Notes: generated by a model not told the origin, from the sequence alone. A DNA stretch of 63,920 nt, filler included, from Lama guanicoe (GCA_013239625.1; 212 parts of 212 records of this genome joined end to end with filler, not necessarily neighbours in it), one strand, 5' to 3'; numbered from the whole stretch's first letter, positions 1 to 12,470 are shown. A program made the numbers and translations.

Positions 1-135
1 TAACAGCAACATTATTTATAATTACCAAGATATGGAAGCATCCTAAGTGTACATCAATAGTTGAATAGATAAAGAAGATTTAATGAAATACAACTCACCC
101 ATAACAAAGAAGGATATTTTTGCCACTTGTGGCCC
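1..135 (+). mobile_element. L1 ORF2 3' end / 3' region fragment (degenerate)
   Basis: 'cagcaacattatttataattaccaagatatggaagcatcctaagtgtacatcaatag...' matches the conserved L1 ORF2 C-terminal stretch. Confidence 0.8.
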
Positions 136-302
136 TTCATTCACTTTTCTTTTCACTTCAAAAACCAGAATTTTATAACTGACAGAAACATTTCCATTGC
201 ATNNNNNNNNNNNNNNNNNNNNNNNNNNNNNNNNNNNNNNNNNNNNTTAATTAATTAANNNNNNNNNNNNNNNNNNNNNNNNNNNNNNNNNNNNNNNNNN
301 NN

Positions 303-504
303 TATGCAGTTTGCTGAAGCCACTGTGAAAAACAGTATGGAGATTCCTGAATAGACTAGGAATAGAATTACCATATGATCCAGTAATCCCTCTCCTGGGC
401 ACATATGCAGATGGAATGTTACTTTAAAAAGAAACCTGCACACCAATGTTCATAGCAGCACTATTTACAATAGTCAAGATGTGGAAACAGCCTAAATGTC
501 CATC
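303..504 (+). mobile_element. L1 ORF2 C-terminal fragment
   Basis: 'gccactgtgaaaaacagtatggagattcct...ttaccatatgatccagtaatccc...ccaatgttcatagcagcactatttacaatag' are hallmark L1 sequences. Confidence 0.92.
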
Positions 505-604
505 NNNNNNNNNNNNNNNNNNNNNNNNNNNNNNNNNNNNNNNNNNNNTTAATTAATTAANNNNNNNNNNNNNNNNNNNNNNNNNNNNNNNNNNNNNNNN
601 NNNN

Positions 605-805
605 GTTCGTTCAGCCATCACAAAAGTAACGTGTTGCAGGGAAACCCTTACTCGGGTTTCTTAGTTTGCTTCCTAATTCTGTTATGAATTTCCTGCTTTT
701 ATTACTGTAAAACCGAGTTGGAGCTTGTACCACTCCAATATATGTGTGTAGAGGAATGTGCAACTGAAATGAAACTTTGTGTTCCCTTCAAGCTAGGTGA
801 AGGAC
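605..805 (+). repeat. Satellite monomer fragment (~248-bp family), copy 1
   Basis: Shares 'ctgtaaaaccgagttggagcttgtacc...atatatg...gcaactgaa...ctttgtgttccc' with 3926-4126 and 62210-62410. Confidence 0.85.
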
Positions 806-1811
806 NNNNNNNNNNNNNNNNNNNNNNNNNNNNNNNNNNNNNNNNNNNNTTAATTAATTAANNNNNNNNNNNNNNNNNNNNNNNNNNNNNNNNNNNNNNN
901 NNNNNCTGCAGGATTGAGGTCAAAACCGAGGTCACAGGCTGGAAGATAATGCTGCCCTCTCTTTCTGGGATCAATTTGATAGCAACACACTTGCCACACA
1001 CATATATACATACACGTTCATTTCCAAAGTGAATATATTTTCAGATTATTGATACTTCTCAGTTAAAATTTGGTACCATTCTTATTTTAAATGTTATAAA
1101 AATAAGCNNNNNNNNNNNNNNNNNNNNNNNNNNNNNNNNNNNNNNNNNNNNTTAATTAATTAANNNNNNNNNNNNNNNNNNNNNNNNNNNNNNNNNNNNN
1201 NNNNNNNTCACCCCAGAGAAGACATAAAGCCAGCATTTGCTGAATCTAGCAGAAGGTCATAGTTTCTTTGTGGGAGCTAATTATTCAATTCCTATCTATT
1301 TCATTCGAGACTATTTGAACTTTGAGTAATTTACTGTTGTTCACAGAGTGTGAAACAGGACGAACTCTGATTCGAGGAGGGCTTACTCTTCTCGCACTGG
1401 CTTCATTGTNNNNNNNNNNNNNNNNNNNNNNNNNNNNNNNNNNNNNNNNNNNNTTAATTAATTAANNNNNNNNNNNNNNNNNNNNNNNNNNNNNNNNNNN
1501 NNNNNNNNNGAGGCCTTTGTTAGTACAGAGGCAGCCTCAGGTAATCCACCCTTTGATCCGCCTCTGATTCTCAGCCCCAAATTAATTTCAGACGGTGCAT
1601 AAGGAAAGGTCGAGCCTTCTGGTTTCTTTGGGAGTGGCCGCCAGCAGGGAGCTTGCGGGGTAGGCGGCCCGCTCTTGGCCCTCCCTCACCCCAGCTCTGC
1701 TTTCACGGATGNNNNNNNNNNNNNNNNNNNNNNNNNNNNNNNNNNNNNNNNNNNNTTAATTAATTAANNNNNNNNNNNNNNNNNNNNNNNNNNNNNNNNN
1801 NNNNNNNNNNN

Positions 1812-1960
1812 CCTATATATATAAAGTTGAATCACTCTGTGGTACACCAGAAAGTAACAATATTGTAGTTGGACTGTACTTCAATAAAAGAAAATATTTT
1901 TACTTTATGTATATAATTTTAACTGAAGTATAGTCAGCTTACAATGTTGTATCAATAAAA
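1812..1960. mobile_element. Two L1 3' tails arranged tail-to-tail
   Basis: A plus-strand tail 'gtacaccagaaagtaacaatattgtag...gtacttcaataaaa' is followed by a minus-strand tail 'tgaagtatagtcagcttacaatgttgtatcaat'. Confidence 0.65.
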
Positions 1961-2717
1961 ACAGTTTTAAATAGCAAAATAAGACATTCTCAGATGAACA
2001 AAACTAACAGAATNNNNNNNNNNNNNNNNNNNNNNNNNNNNNNNNNNNNNNNNNNNNTTAATTAATTAANNNNNNNNNNNNNNNNNNNNNNNNNNNNNNN
2101 NNNNNNNNNNNNNTATTGAATAAAGTTCTCTGTGCTATACAGAAGAAACTTGCTGTTTGTGTGTTTTATATATAGTAGTAAGTAGAAAAAAAATTTTTTT
2201 CAGTTAACACCTATTACATCCCTCAAGGCTAGGATTTGGTAGGCGAACTCTGGGTGGGTCTGATGGTTTGTCAGCATGTGGGCACGGCACAGTACAGTTG
2301 CCAACTGCCTTCTGANNNNNNNNNNNNNNNNNNNNNNNNNNNNNNNNNNNNNNNNNNNNTTAATTAATTAANNNNNNNNNNNNNNNNNNNNNNNNNNNNN
2401 NNNNNNNNNNNNNNNTGATATTATCATGTATGTAGTTTCAAATCTAGCACAGAGGTCAACAAATAACTCAGTTATGCCACCTCAAGGACCCTCGTGTTTT
2501 ACCTTTATAGCAGCACCCATCTCCTTTCTCCCATGCCTCCTCCCTGCCCCTAACCCCTGCGACCACTACCTAGTTCTTCATTTCTAATTTTGTTCAGAAG
2601 TTCTACAAAGAAATAAGNNNNNNNNNNNNNNNNNNNNNNNNNNNNNNNNNNNNNNNNNNNNTTAATTAATTAANNNNNNNNNNNNNNNNNNNNNNNNNNN
2701 NNNNNNNNNNNNNNNNN

Positions 2718-2919
2718 AGATTCTTCACTATGTCTGTGAGTCTGTTTCTGTTTTGTAGATGAGTTCGTAATGTCTTCTTTTTTCTTTTTTTTTCCTTCAG
2801 ATTCCACATATGAGTGTTATCATGTGCTATTTTTTCTTTCTCTTTCTGGCTTACCTCCCTTTGAATGATTATCAACAATGAGGTATCATGTCACACCAGT
2901 CAGAATGGCTGTCATTCAA
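2718..2919. mobile_element. L1 with internal inversion junction
   Basis: 2718-~2873 is the L1 ORF2 end/3'UTR on the minus strand (IIIQREVSQKEKEK). ~2874-2919 is upstream ORF2 on the plus strand (TMRYHVTPVRMAVI). Confidence 0.8.
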
Positions 2920-3360
2920 NNNNNNNNNNNNNNNNNNNNNNNNNNNNNNNNNNNNNNNNNNNNTTAATTAATTAANNNNNNNNNNNNNNNNNNNNNNNNN
3001 NNNNNNNNNNNNNNNNNNNTCACCACCAGAGGTCAGGGAAACCTTCTGATTAATCAGAGGCCCTGAAAGTGATACAGGAAAGTATTGATTTAAAAGTAAT
3101 ATTTATTTAGGGCTTCCTATGAACTGATTGCTTAAACTGTGGTCCTATTTAATCTTCACAACCACTCTTATCAAATTGGTATGGATAAATCTCAGGTGTA
3201 TCCAAAATAAGTCTCTGTGTCNNNNNNNNNNNNNNNNNNNNNNNNNNNNNNNNNNNNNNNNNNNNTTAATTAATTAANNNNNNNNNNNNNNNNNNNNNNN
3301 NNNNNNNNNNNNNNNNNNNNNTTTTTTATGTTTTGAACAGTGTCACTTATTTACTTAGGC

Positions 3361-3478
3361 TTTTGGGGGGTAATTAGGTTAATTGATTTATTTATCCTTA
3401 GAGGAGGCACTGGGAATTGATCCCGGGACCTCGTGCACGCTAGGCATGTGCTCTGCCACTTGAGCTGTGCCCTCCCCC
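3361..3478 (-). mobile_element. Camelid-type tRNA-Ala-derived SINE (vic-1-like), long form with tail
   Basis: The reverse complement reads GGGGAGGGCACAGCTCAAGTGGCAGAGCACATGCCTAGCGTGCACGAGGTCCCGGGATCAATTCCCAGTGCCTCC, then an AAAT-rich stretch and a CCTAATTACCCCCCAAAA tail. Confidence 0.85.
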
Positions 3479-3925
3479 TCCACCGTGCATACACGTATAC
3501 GGTTCTTTTTGTTATCGTGCGGANNNNNNNNNNNNNNNNNNNNNNNNNNNNNNNNNNNNNNNNNNNNTTAATTAATTAANNNNNNNNNNNNNNNNNNNNN
3601 NNNNNNNNNNNNNNNNNNNNNNNGAGAATTTACTTTATTCAAACAATCAATGTGTGATACAAACAATGTGTGGCTTGCTTCCTGTGATTTAAAAAAATGG
3701 GCCATGTTCTGACAATATTTTCACTAACCGGGTTAAAAATTGTAAAATATTATTTGGCTACTTAGAAATAGCATCGAAACATTTAATGTTTTAACATACT
3801 ACAGAACATAAATAAGCAGAAGCAANNNNNNNNNNNNNNNNNNNNNNNNNNNNNNNNNNNNNNNNNNNNTTAATTAATTAANNNNNNNNNNNNNNNNNNN
3901 NNNNNNNNNNNNNNNNNNNNNNNNN

Positions 3926-4126
3926 CTGGTTTCTCAGTCTATTTCCTAGTGCCGGTTTGAAGTTCCTGCGGTTTGCAGTGAAAACCGAGTTGGAGTTTGT
4001 TCCTCCCCATATATTTGTAAGGACTGGATTATGCAACATAATAGAACCTTTGTGTTCCCCTCAAGTTTGGTGATGGGCGACTTTAACACACACTTATCTC
4101 TCAGAACTGAGCATGTGGAGAGACGT
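3926..4126 (+). repeat. Satellite monomer fragment (~248-bp family), copy 2
   Basis: Aligns with 605-805, and shares 'ctctcagaactgagcatgtggagaga' with 62210-62410. Confidence 0.85.
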
Positions 4127-5133
4127 NNNNNNNNNNNNNNNNNNNNNNNNNNNNNNNNNNNNNNNNNNNNTTAATTAATTAANNNNNNNNNNNNNNNNNN
4201 NNNNNNNNNNNNNNNNNNNNNNNNNNTTGCTCAGCTGAGTTTTCTTGTAAGGGGATAGCAGGTATCTACAAATAACCTAAGAACACTTATTTGCTCTTCA
4301 TGTAAATATTTTCACTTTGATGTAAAGGTGATGAGCACTTTCAAGTCCCCAGATGAAGCTACCTAAACAGAAAAATTATGTTTATGCAGAAAACTACCTG
4401 TCTTGCTTCTGGGTGATGGTGTCTGCTGNNNNNNNNNNNNNNNNNNNNNNNNNNNNNNNNNNNNNNNNNNNNTTAATTAATTAANNNNNNNNNNNNNNNN
4501 NNNNNNNNNNNNNNNNNNNNNNNNNNNNGGGGCACAGCAGTGGGACGCCTGGGTCACCTGCCAGGCTTGCTCTCCCTCCACGGACACCCTGGGTGCCTGG
4601 GGGGTGTTGAGCCTCAGCTACAGTGATTTAGCTGAGGGGACTCAGGATAAAGGACCCTCCACCTCCTCACCGGGTTCCAAACGCAGCCCCTCTAAGTCTA
4701 CCCTCTGAGTTTCTGGAACTCAGCTGGAAGNNNNNNNNNNNNNNNNNNNNNNNNNNNNNNNNNNNNNNNNNNNNTTAATTAATTAANNNNNNNNNNNNNN
4801 NNNNNNNNNNNNNNNNNNNNNNNNNNNNNNAAGGTAATACACATCTGTATTTGATAAAATGTTGAATGGTGAAACTGGAGCCAGGATATACATGATAGGC
4901 AAAAAGAATCAGAAACATAGAGTGAGAGAAAAAATTAATCTATTATGTATTGGATGACTCTAATGAACTAAGCACTTTACATGTTACACAGTTTTGCCTT
5001 TTGAAGTTGCTTCTCCTGTTTTCCCTGTCTCANNNNNNNNNNNNNNNNNNNNNNNNNNNNNNNNNNNNNNNNNNNNTTAATTAATTAANNNNNNNNNNNN
5101 NNNNNNNNNNNNNNNNNNNNNNNNNNNNNNNNT

Positions 5134-5334
5134 GGCAATGCCAGTGGAACCATGCTGCTTGAGGCTCTGGATTGCATCCTGCCACCAACTCAGCCAACTG
5201 ACAAGCCCTCACATCTGCCCCTCCAGGACATCTACAAGAGTGGTGGTATTGGTACTGTCCCTGTGGGTCGAGTGGAGACTGGTGGTCTCAAACCTGGCAT
5301 GGTGGTCACCTTTGCTCCAGTCAATGTTACAACT
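5134..5334 (+). pseudogene. EEF1A1: EEF1A1 processed pseudogene fragment (approx. residues 221-287)
   Basis: Translates to [67 protein letters not shown]. There are 7 substitutions versus the near-invariant mammalian eEF1A1, and no intron at the YKIG/GIG junction. Confidence 0.93.
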
Positions 5335-5483
5335 NNNNNNNNNNNNNNNNNNNNNNNNNNNNNNNNNNNNNNNNNNNNTTAATTAATTAANNNNNNNNNN
5401 NNNNNNNNNNNNNNNNNNNNNNNNNNNNNNNNNNAGAAATATTACACCACATGAAAGAGCCAGATGCAAAAAGATGACATATC

Positions 5484-5560
5484 GTGCATGAACGGGACAT
5501 AGCGCTGTACACCAGAAATTGACACATTGTAACTGACGGTACCTCAATCAAAAAAAAAAA
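5484..5560 (+). mobile_element. Severely 5'-truncated L1 3' tail with poly(A), inserted in an older L1 3' region
   Basis: 'gctgtacaccagaaattgacacattgtaactgac' is followed by A11. It is flanked by gatgacatatc (5473-5483) and gatgatatatc (5561-5571). Confidence 0.8.
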
Positions 5561-6642
5561 GATGATATATCATATGATTTCATTTACAGGAAATGTCCAG
5601 AAAAGGGAAATTTATAGAGACAAAAAGCAGACCAGANNNNNNNNNNNNNNNNNNNNNNNNNNNNNNNNNNNNNNNNNNNNTTAATTAATTAANNNNNNNN
5701 NNNNNNNNNNNNNNNNNNNNNNNNNNNNNNNNNNNNGATGTCACGGATGTAGGTGGGAAAGTTGAGTGGTTCCCACTAGCAGTCACAGCTTTCTCTTTTA
5801 TCTGCAGAGGGATGCCCCTGCTTGAAAATTGAGCCAGCATAACTAATGACTGAAAGAAGACAATTTCAAGAATATGTAAAAACAAAATATTAAAACACTG
5901 AAAGTCTGACCAAAGTTGATTTCGTGCCATTAAACATTNNNNNNNNNNNNNNNNNNNNNNNNNNNNNNNNNNNNNNNNNNNNTTAATTAATTAANNNNNN
6001 NNNNNNNNNNNNNNNNNNNNNNNNNNNNNNNNNNNNNNCTGCATCCACGGAATAGGGGGAGTCCTGTGGTGGAAAGTGAGTGTAGGGGGCGGGGGGCTTA
6101 TGCTGGGCTAAGTGCTGTCAGCTTGACGTGATGCCTGCACTGAGCTGTCGGAAATCTGAAGGTTTCAGATCCCGGCCGTGGCTGAAATTGGAAATAAGGC
6201 TGAGCTGGTGACCTGGGACACCTGGTATGTCAGCCCTAGCNNNNNNNNNNNNNNNNNNNNNNNNNNNNNNNNNNNNNNNNNNNNTTAATTAATTAANNNN
6301 NNNNNNNNNNNNNNNNNNNNNNNNNNNNNNNNNNNNNNNNCCAGGCAGCTTTGACCCTCTGGTTTGAATCTCGTAAGAATAAGGACAAGGATACAGCACA
6401 ACCATTGGTTGACAAAGGGTTCGAGAGACGAGGGACGGGAAAATTTTCCAAACAGGCAAAGATAACAAGTATATTTTTTACCCTGAATTTTTAAAATTTC
6501 ACTTAAAAATTAGCTACAAAAAAAAATTTCACTTTGAAAACGNNNNNNNNNNNNNNNNNNNNNNNNNNNNNNNNNNNNNNNNNNNNTTAATTAATTAANN
6601 NNNNNNNNNNNNNNNNNNNNNNNNNNNNNNNNNNNNNNNNNN

Positions 6643-6844
6643 TCCATTCAGCCACTGATGTGTGCTTGGGAGGCTTCCATGTATCGGTGACTTTAAATGG
6701 TGCTGCTGTTAACAGCAGGATGTATGTGTCTTTTTGAATTAATGTTTTTGTTTTTCTTGGGTGTGTGCCTGGGATTGGCATCACTAGGCCATGTGATGGT
6801 TCTCTTTTGGGGTTTTTGAGAATCCTCCATATTGTTTTCCATGG
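6643..6844 (-). mobile_element. L1 ORF2 C-terminal fragment
   Basis: Antisense L1 signature: 'gcttccatgtatcggtgactttaaatggtgctgctgttaaca...ctccatattgttttccat'. Confidence 0.88.
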
Positions 6845-7044
6845 NNNNNNNNNNNNNNNNNNNNNNNNNNNNNNNNNNNNNNNNNNNNTTAATTAATTAA
6901 NNNNNNNNNNNNNNNNNNNNNNNNNNNNNNNNNNNNNNNNNNNNGTACATGACCCATAATAACAGTGAGTTGTAGATCTTGTTATAAAAGCTTCTAATAA
7001 AAATTCCTATGTAAGTATTTAATTCACTTCAGAAAAAAAAAAAG

Positions 7045-7146
7045 ACAAGTACTTTTTTTCTACTAAAGTACAGTCAGTTTCAATGTGTCAGTTTCTGGTG
7101 CGCAGCACAATGTCCCAGTCATGCATATATATACATATATTTGTTT
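7045..7146 (-). mobile_element. L1 3' tail (same family as 5484-5560)
   Basis: 'aagtacagtcagtttcaatgtgtcagtttctggtgcgcagcacaatgtcccagtcatgca' is the reverse complement of the tail at 5484. Confidence 0.8.
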
Positions 7147-8756
7147 NNNNNNNNNNNNNNNNNNNNNNNNNNNNNNNNNNNNNNNNNNNNTTAATTAATT
7201 AANNNNNNNNNNNNNNNNNNNNNNNNNNNNNNNNNNNNNNNNNNNNAATTGTGACATTTTCTTCAGCGCTCCTTGTGAAGTGAGACAGAAACCCGCCCCT
7301 TGAGCAGTGCACAGGGAAGCCTGATCATTGGACATGTATCCCACTCTTTTTCTTTTCTTTTTTTTCCCAGAGGGAGAAAGAAGTTGTGGGCTGAGACAGT
7401 CTTTCTTGGTGCCTGAGCCTGTCGACTTGTGGTGGTGGCGGAGGGGGANNNNNNNNNNNNNNNNNNNNNNNNNNNNNNNNNNNNNNNNNNNNTTAATTAA
7501 TTAANNNNNNNNNNNNNNNNNNNNNNNNNNNNNNNNNNNNNNNNNNNNAGATTTTCTTTTGGATAATTTTAGATCATCTAGATTATTATTTCAGAAAAGT
7601 TGCAATGATGGTACAGAGAGTTCTCGTCTCCCCTTCCCTCCGTCTCCCAGCACCACTTTCTTTCATGCCCATGGGACATTGTCCAAATAGAGCAATTAAC
7701 GCTGGGACAGAGCTGTATGCCAAACTCCAGACCTTATCACGATTTTCTCCNNNNNNNNNNNNNNNNNNNNNNNNNNNNNNNNNNNNNNNNNNNNTTAATT
7801 AATTAANNNNNNNNNNNNNNNNNNNNNNNNNNNNNNNNNNNNNNNNNNNNCTTAATATGTTCTTCTAAATTTTGCACACAAATAATCTATTGGAGAAAGG
7901 AGTTCTGCAGAAACTAGTGCTGTTTCTTCAAATTAATCAGAATGAAATAAGATTCATTTAACGTCTAATTTTGAAGGGTTTTACCTAGTTAGTAAAATAC
8001 CCCTGAAGTTACAGAATGGTAGAGAATGTGTTTATTCTGGTCTTTTTTTTTTNNNNNNNNNNNNNNNNNNNNNNNNNNNNNNNNNNNNNNNNNNNNTTAA
8101 TTAATTAANNNNNNNNNNNNNNNNNNNNNNNNNNNNNNNNNNNNNNNNNNNNCTTTTGAGGGCAGAACTTTGAACTGGGCTGGAGAAAACCTGATTTTCC
8201 CTAGTTATCCCTTTGTTTCTGACTCTGAGCAAGAGATGTGCTCCATCTTGGACTTCGTCTGTTCAATAAAAAGAAAAATGGACTGACTTCTAGGATCCTT
8301 TTTAGCCCTAAATGTTAGTAATTCCATAAAGCTTTTCTGTTGGTCTCTAGCACGNNNNNNNNNNNNNNNNNNNNNNNNNNNNNNNNNNNNNNNNNNNNTT
8401 AATTAATTAANNNNNNNNNNNNNNNNNNNNNNNNNNNNNNNNNNNNNNNNNNNNTGAGGTCACCACGGAACCGCAGGTTGGGACTCACTCGAACTCCGTA
8501 GCAAAATGCCCTGGAGCTACAAAGTCGAGCCTGATCGCATGCTTCACAGACCTCTTATTCACTCACACACACACACTGAGGTTAACAACAGTCCTCCCAC
8601 CAATTTTAATATCCTGTTTCCTGTAGGAGGGGATCAGCCTCCTCTTCTGTCCAATGNNNNNNNNNNNNNNNNNNNNNNNNNNNNNNNNNNNNNNNNNNNN
8701 TTAATTAATTAANNNNNNNNNNNNNNNNNNNNNNNNNNNNNNNNNNNNNNNNNNNN

Positions 8757-8958
8757 ACCGCTGAGCTGGTCCTCAGGGAGCGGGAAAGGGAGAGGAGTGC
8801 AGCCCTGGGGTCGCGGGGCAGGGAATGCGGGGGGGGGGTGGAAACGCGGGCTGCATCTCAGAGGCCAGCCCCAGCCCCAGCCCCATCTGCGTGCGCACAC
8901 ACCGCGCGCCCAGGACGCAGCCCGCCCAGGGGCGGGGACGGGCAGGCGGCCAAGGACA
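8757..8958. promoter_or_regulatory. CpG-island-like fragment
   Basis: Very GC-rich with many CpGs and a GC box 'ggggcgggg' near 8928. Confidence 0.5.
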
Positions 8959-9094
8959 NNNNNNNNNNNNNNNNNNNNNNNNNNNNNNNNNNNNNNNNNN
9001 NNTTAATTAATTAANNNNNNNNNNNNNNNNNNNNNNNNNNNNNNNNNNNNNNNNNNNNGCCTTGCCCAGCTGTGATGCTGTGCTCTGGGCGTCT

Positions 9095-9260
9095 GTCTTG
9101 GCTCCAGAGGAGGGCAGACTGCCCAGCCCTGCACGTCGGGGCTGTGTGACCTTGGGTGAGTTACCCTCCCGGGCCCTAGTTCCCTCACCTATAGACTGGG
9201 TGTGGGAACATTGTCTCCCCAGCGGGGCTGTTACGAGGTGTCTGTGGCAGAATGTGTCTG
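9095..9260 (+). mobile_element. MIR SINE fragment
   Basis: MIR core 'gctgtgtgaccttgggtgagttac...ccctagttccctcacctatag'. Confidence 0.7.
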
Positions 9261-9360
9261 NNNNNNNNNNNNNNNNNNNNNNNNNNNNNNNNNNNNNNNN
9301 NNNNTTAATTAATTAANNNNNNNNNNNNNNNNNNNNNNNNNNNNNNNNNNNNNNNNNNNN

Positions 9361-9562
9361 AAAAGCTTGTAAGTGTAAGTCCCATTTGATTATTTTACTT
9401 TTATATCTTTTACTTTCAAAGACTGACCTAAGAAAACATTGTGATGATTTATGTCAGAGAATATTTTGCCTATGTTTCCTTCTAGGAGTTTTGTAGTGTC
9501 GTGTCTTATATTTTGTATGGTGTGAGGGAGTGTTCTAACTTCATTAATTTACATGTGGCTGT
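9361..9562 (-). mobile_element. L1 ORF2 fragment
   Basis: 'gactgacctaagaaaacattg...atgtcagagaatattttgcctatgtttccttctaggagtttt' is antisense L1. Confidence 0.88.
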
Positions 9563-9704
9563 NNNNNNNNNNNNNNNNNNNNNNNNNNNNNNNNNNNNNN
9601 NNNNNNTTAATTAATTAANNNNNNNNNNNNNNNNNNNNNNNNNNNNNNNNNNNNNNNNNNNNTATTTAACCTACATATCAGCCTTGCAAGAACTTAAAAA
9701 TATT

Positions 9705-9864
9705 TCATTATTTATTCAACAACTAGTTAAGCACAACTAGTTAACTTACAGTTAAGCACCAGGCACGATTTGGGGGCTGTGCACTCAGCAGTAAACAAGA
9801 CAAAGTCCCTGCCCCCATGGAAGTCAAATTCTAGGGACATAATGTCATGTGAGTGATAAGTGCC
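9705..9864 (-). mobile_element. L2 3' end fragment
   Basis: 'atttattcaacaa...caccaggcac...cagcagtaaacaagacaaagtccctgcccccatggaag...ttctag' is an L2 tail pattern. Confidence 0.7.
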
Positions 9865-12078
9865 NNNNNNNNNNNNNNNNNNNNNNNNNNNNNNNNNNNN
9901 NNNNNNNNTTAATTAATTAANNNNNNNNNNNNNNNNNNNNNNNNNNNNNNNNNNNNNNNNNNNNTTCTATGCAGCACGCATGACAGGAGTCATCCTAGAA
10001 TATCGCTAGGTCTCGGTTTTTTCAGGTACCCAGCGGTCTCACCTCGGACTCTGTTGCCCGTGGCCACGCAAACGTCCGTAGTTGAGAACTTGGGATACCA
10101 CGGCCATGTAGAGAGGCTTACCCAGCAGTGCACACACCTGCACAGCCCACAGTGAACCAGGAACCANNNNNNNNNNNNNNNNNNNNNNNNNNNNNNNNNN
10201 NNNNNNNNNNTTAATTAATTAANNNNNNNNNNNNNNNNNNNNNNNNNNNNNNNNNNNNNNNNNNNNTGTGAAATGTCTGCTCCATCAGCCTGGGTATTAG
10301 AATTTTAACATCTAGGGAAGTTGCTGCCAACCCACAGCTCTGGAGCCTAAAGCAGAGCTGCTTCCACTGACCCACAGACATGCAACATTAAGAAAGCCCT
10401 CTCAGCCGACTTACAGACCAATGAGTATAAGAATAAATGTGTGATGCAAAATGCCTTGGCATTGCCATNNNNNNNNNNNNNNNNNNNNNNNNNNNNNNNN
10501 NNNNNNNNNNNNTTAATTAATTAANNNNNNNNNNNNNNNNNNNNNNNNNNNNNNNNNNNNNNNNNNNNCCAGCTGAATAGCCAATACATTCACCTGTTCC
10601 TGGTCAGTTTTCTCCCCTACTCCTTAAATCAACAATTTCTAACTTCATCACTTTTCCCAAGTACTCTACCCAACCAGTACCATTATTACGCCTATAATGG
10701 TTAACTGTAGGATAGATATGTAGATGTGCTGGTTTGCAGAAATTTCTAACACAATGTTTGGTAACACAGCNNNNNNNNNNNNNNNNNNNNNNNNNNNNNN
10801 NNNNNNNNNNNNNNTTAATTAATTAANNNNNNNNNNNNNNNNNNNNNNNNNNNNNNNNNNNNNNNNNNNNCACTATTTGAATAGTCTGAGTGAGAGACGT
10901 TGAGGGCTCTGGCTTCAGCAGTGGGGATGTGGAGAGGGGTGATGTCTTGGATTAAGGAGGGCACTTCAAGAAGGAAATAAGTGTCTGGAAACCACGAGAC
11001 AGAATTCAAGCAGGGCTCTTGCCACCTCTCTATCCCCTGAGATGATGCCAAGCACAATTCCGATTTTGCACANNNNNNNNNNNNNNNNNNNNNNNNNNNN
11101 NNNNNNNNNNNNNNNNTTAATTAATTAANNNNNNNNNNNNNNNNNNNNNNNNNNNNNNNNNNNNNNNNNNNNTCATCCATCACTGCCTGACCCGGGAAGC
11201 TTGTCTCCTGATTGCTTTGTCGAGAGAGTGGAAATGTGGCTTACGACTTCTCAGAAAGATTCAGAAGGGAGCTTTGTCTTTTATACTCATTTTTTTTTTT
11301 GTCTTAGAGGTTTTTGTTTTTATTTTTTTTTCTCTCTCTGATCAAGTTTGGCTATTACAGTCTGGCTCCTTCATNNNNNNNNNNNNNNNNNNNNNNNNNN
11401 NNNNNNNNNNNNNNNNNNTTAATTAATTAANNNNNNNNNNNNNNNNNNNNNNNNNNNNNNNNNNNNNNNNNNNNTTCTGACTGCCTGGTGGTAAAAATAT
11501 TATATGACTGTAACTTCACACTAGAAGCACATTAAAACTGTTAATCCATTAATCATAATTATTCATACCACTATTGAAGAAACACGATGCACACGTACAC
11601 AAATAGATAGGTAGGCAGATAGGTAGATAGATAGATAGATAGATGGCTATCTAGCTCTATCTATAAAGCCACGTAANNNNNNNNNNNNNNNNNNNNNNNN
11701 NNNNNNNNNNNNNNNNNNNNTTAATTAATTAANNNNNNNNNNNNNNNNNNNNNNNNNNNNNNNNNNNNNNNNNNNNCAGGTGAGGCACCTATGGAGATGC
11801 CCCAAAATCCCCAAGGGAGACTATATCCATGCTTTGAGCTTCCAGAGTCACCCCATGATTTTTTGTACCATCAGGTTGTTACAGCTTGGGGACCTCTGGG
11901 TTGAACAGGGAAGGCTCCCATATCCCCTATCAAGGTAAAGATGATGCACATCTTTGCTCTGAGAAATTCAAGAGATTANNNNNNNNNNNNNNNNNNNNNN
12001 NNNNNNNNNNNNNNNNNNNNNNTTAATTAATTAANNNNNNNNNNNNNNNNNNNNNNNNNNNNNNNNNNNNNNNNNNNN

Positions 12079-12270
12079 AATAGATAAATAACAAGGTCAT
12101 ACTGTATAGCACAGGGAGCTATATTCAGTACCTTGTAATGGCCAAAATGAAAAAATATGAAAAGAAATATATATATATATAATATATATTCACATATATA
12201 TAAACTGAATCACTATGCTGTACACCAGAAGTTAACACAAAATTGTAAGCCAACTATACTTGAATAAAAC
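12079..12270 (+). mobile_element. L1 3'UTR and tail
   Basis: 'actgtatagcacagggagctatattcagtacc...gaatcactatgctgtacaccagaagttaacacaa'. Confidence 0.88.
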
Positions 12271-12380
12271 AAGAGCCCCANNNNNNNNNNNNNNNNNNNN
12301 NNNNNNNNNNNNNNNNNNNNNNNNTTAATTAATTAANNNNNNNNNNNNNNNNNNNNNNNNNNNNNNNNNNNNNNNNNNNN

Positions 12381-12470
12381 ACAGGGCTCTCTGTTTCACT
12401 GATACATCTCAAGTACCTAGAACTGTGCCTCATACATAGCGAGTGGTTTATAAAGATGTGTTGAATTAAG
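12381..12470 (+). mobile_element. L2 3' end
   Basis: 'gtttcactgatacatctcaagtacctagaactgtgcctcatacatag...tgttgaatt'. Confidence 0.75.
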
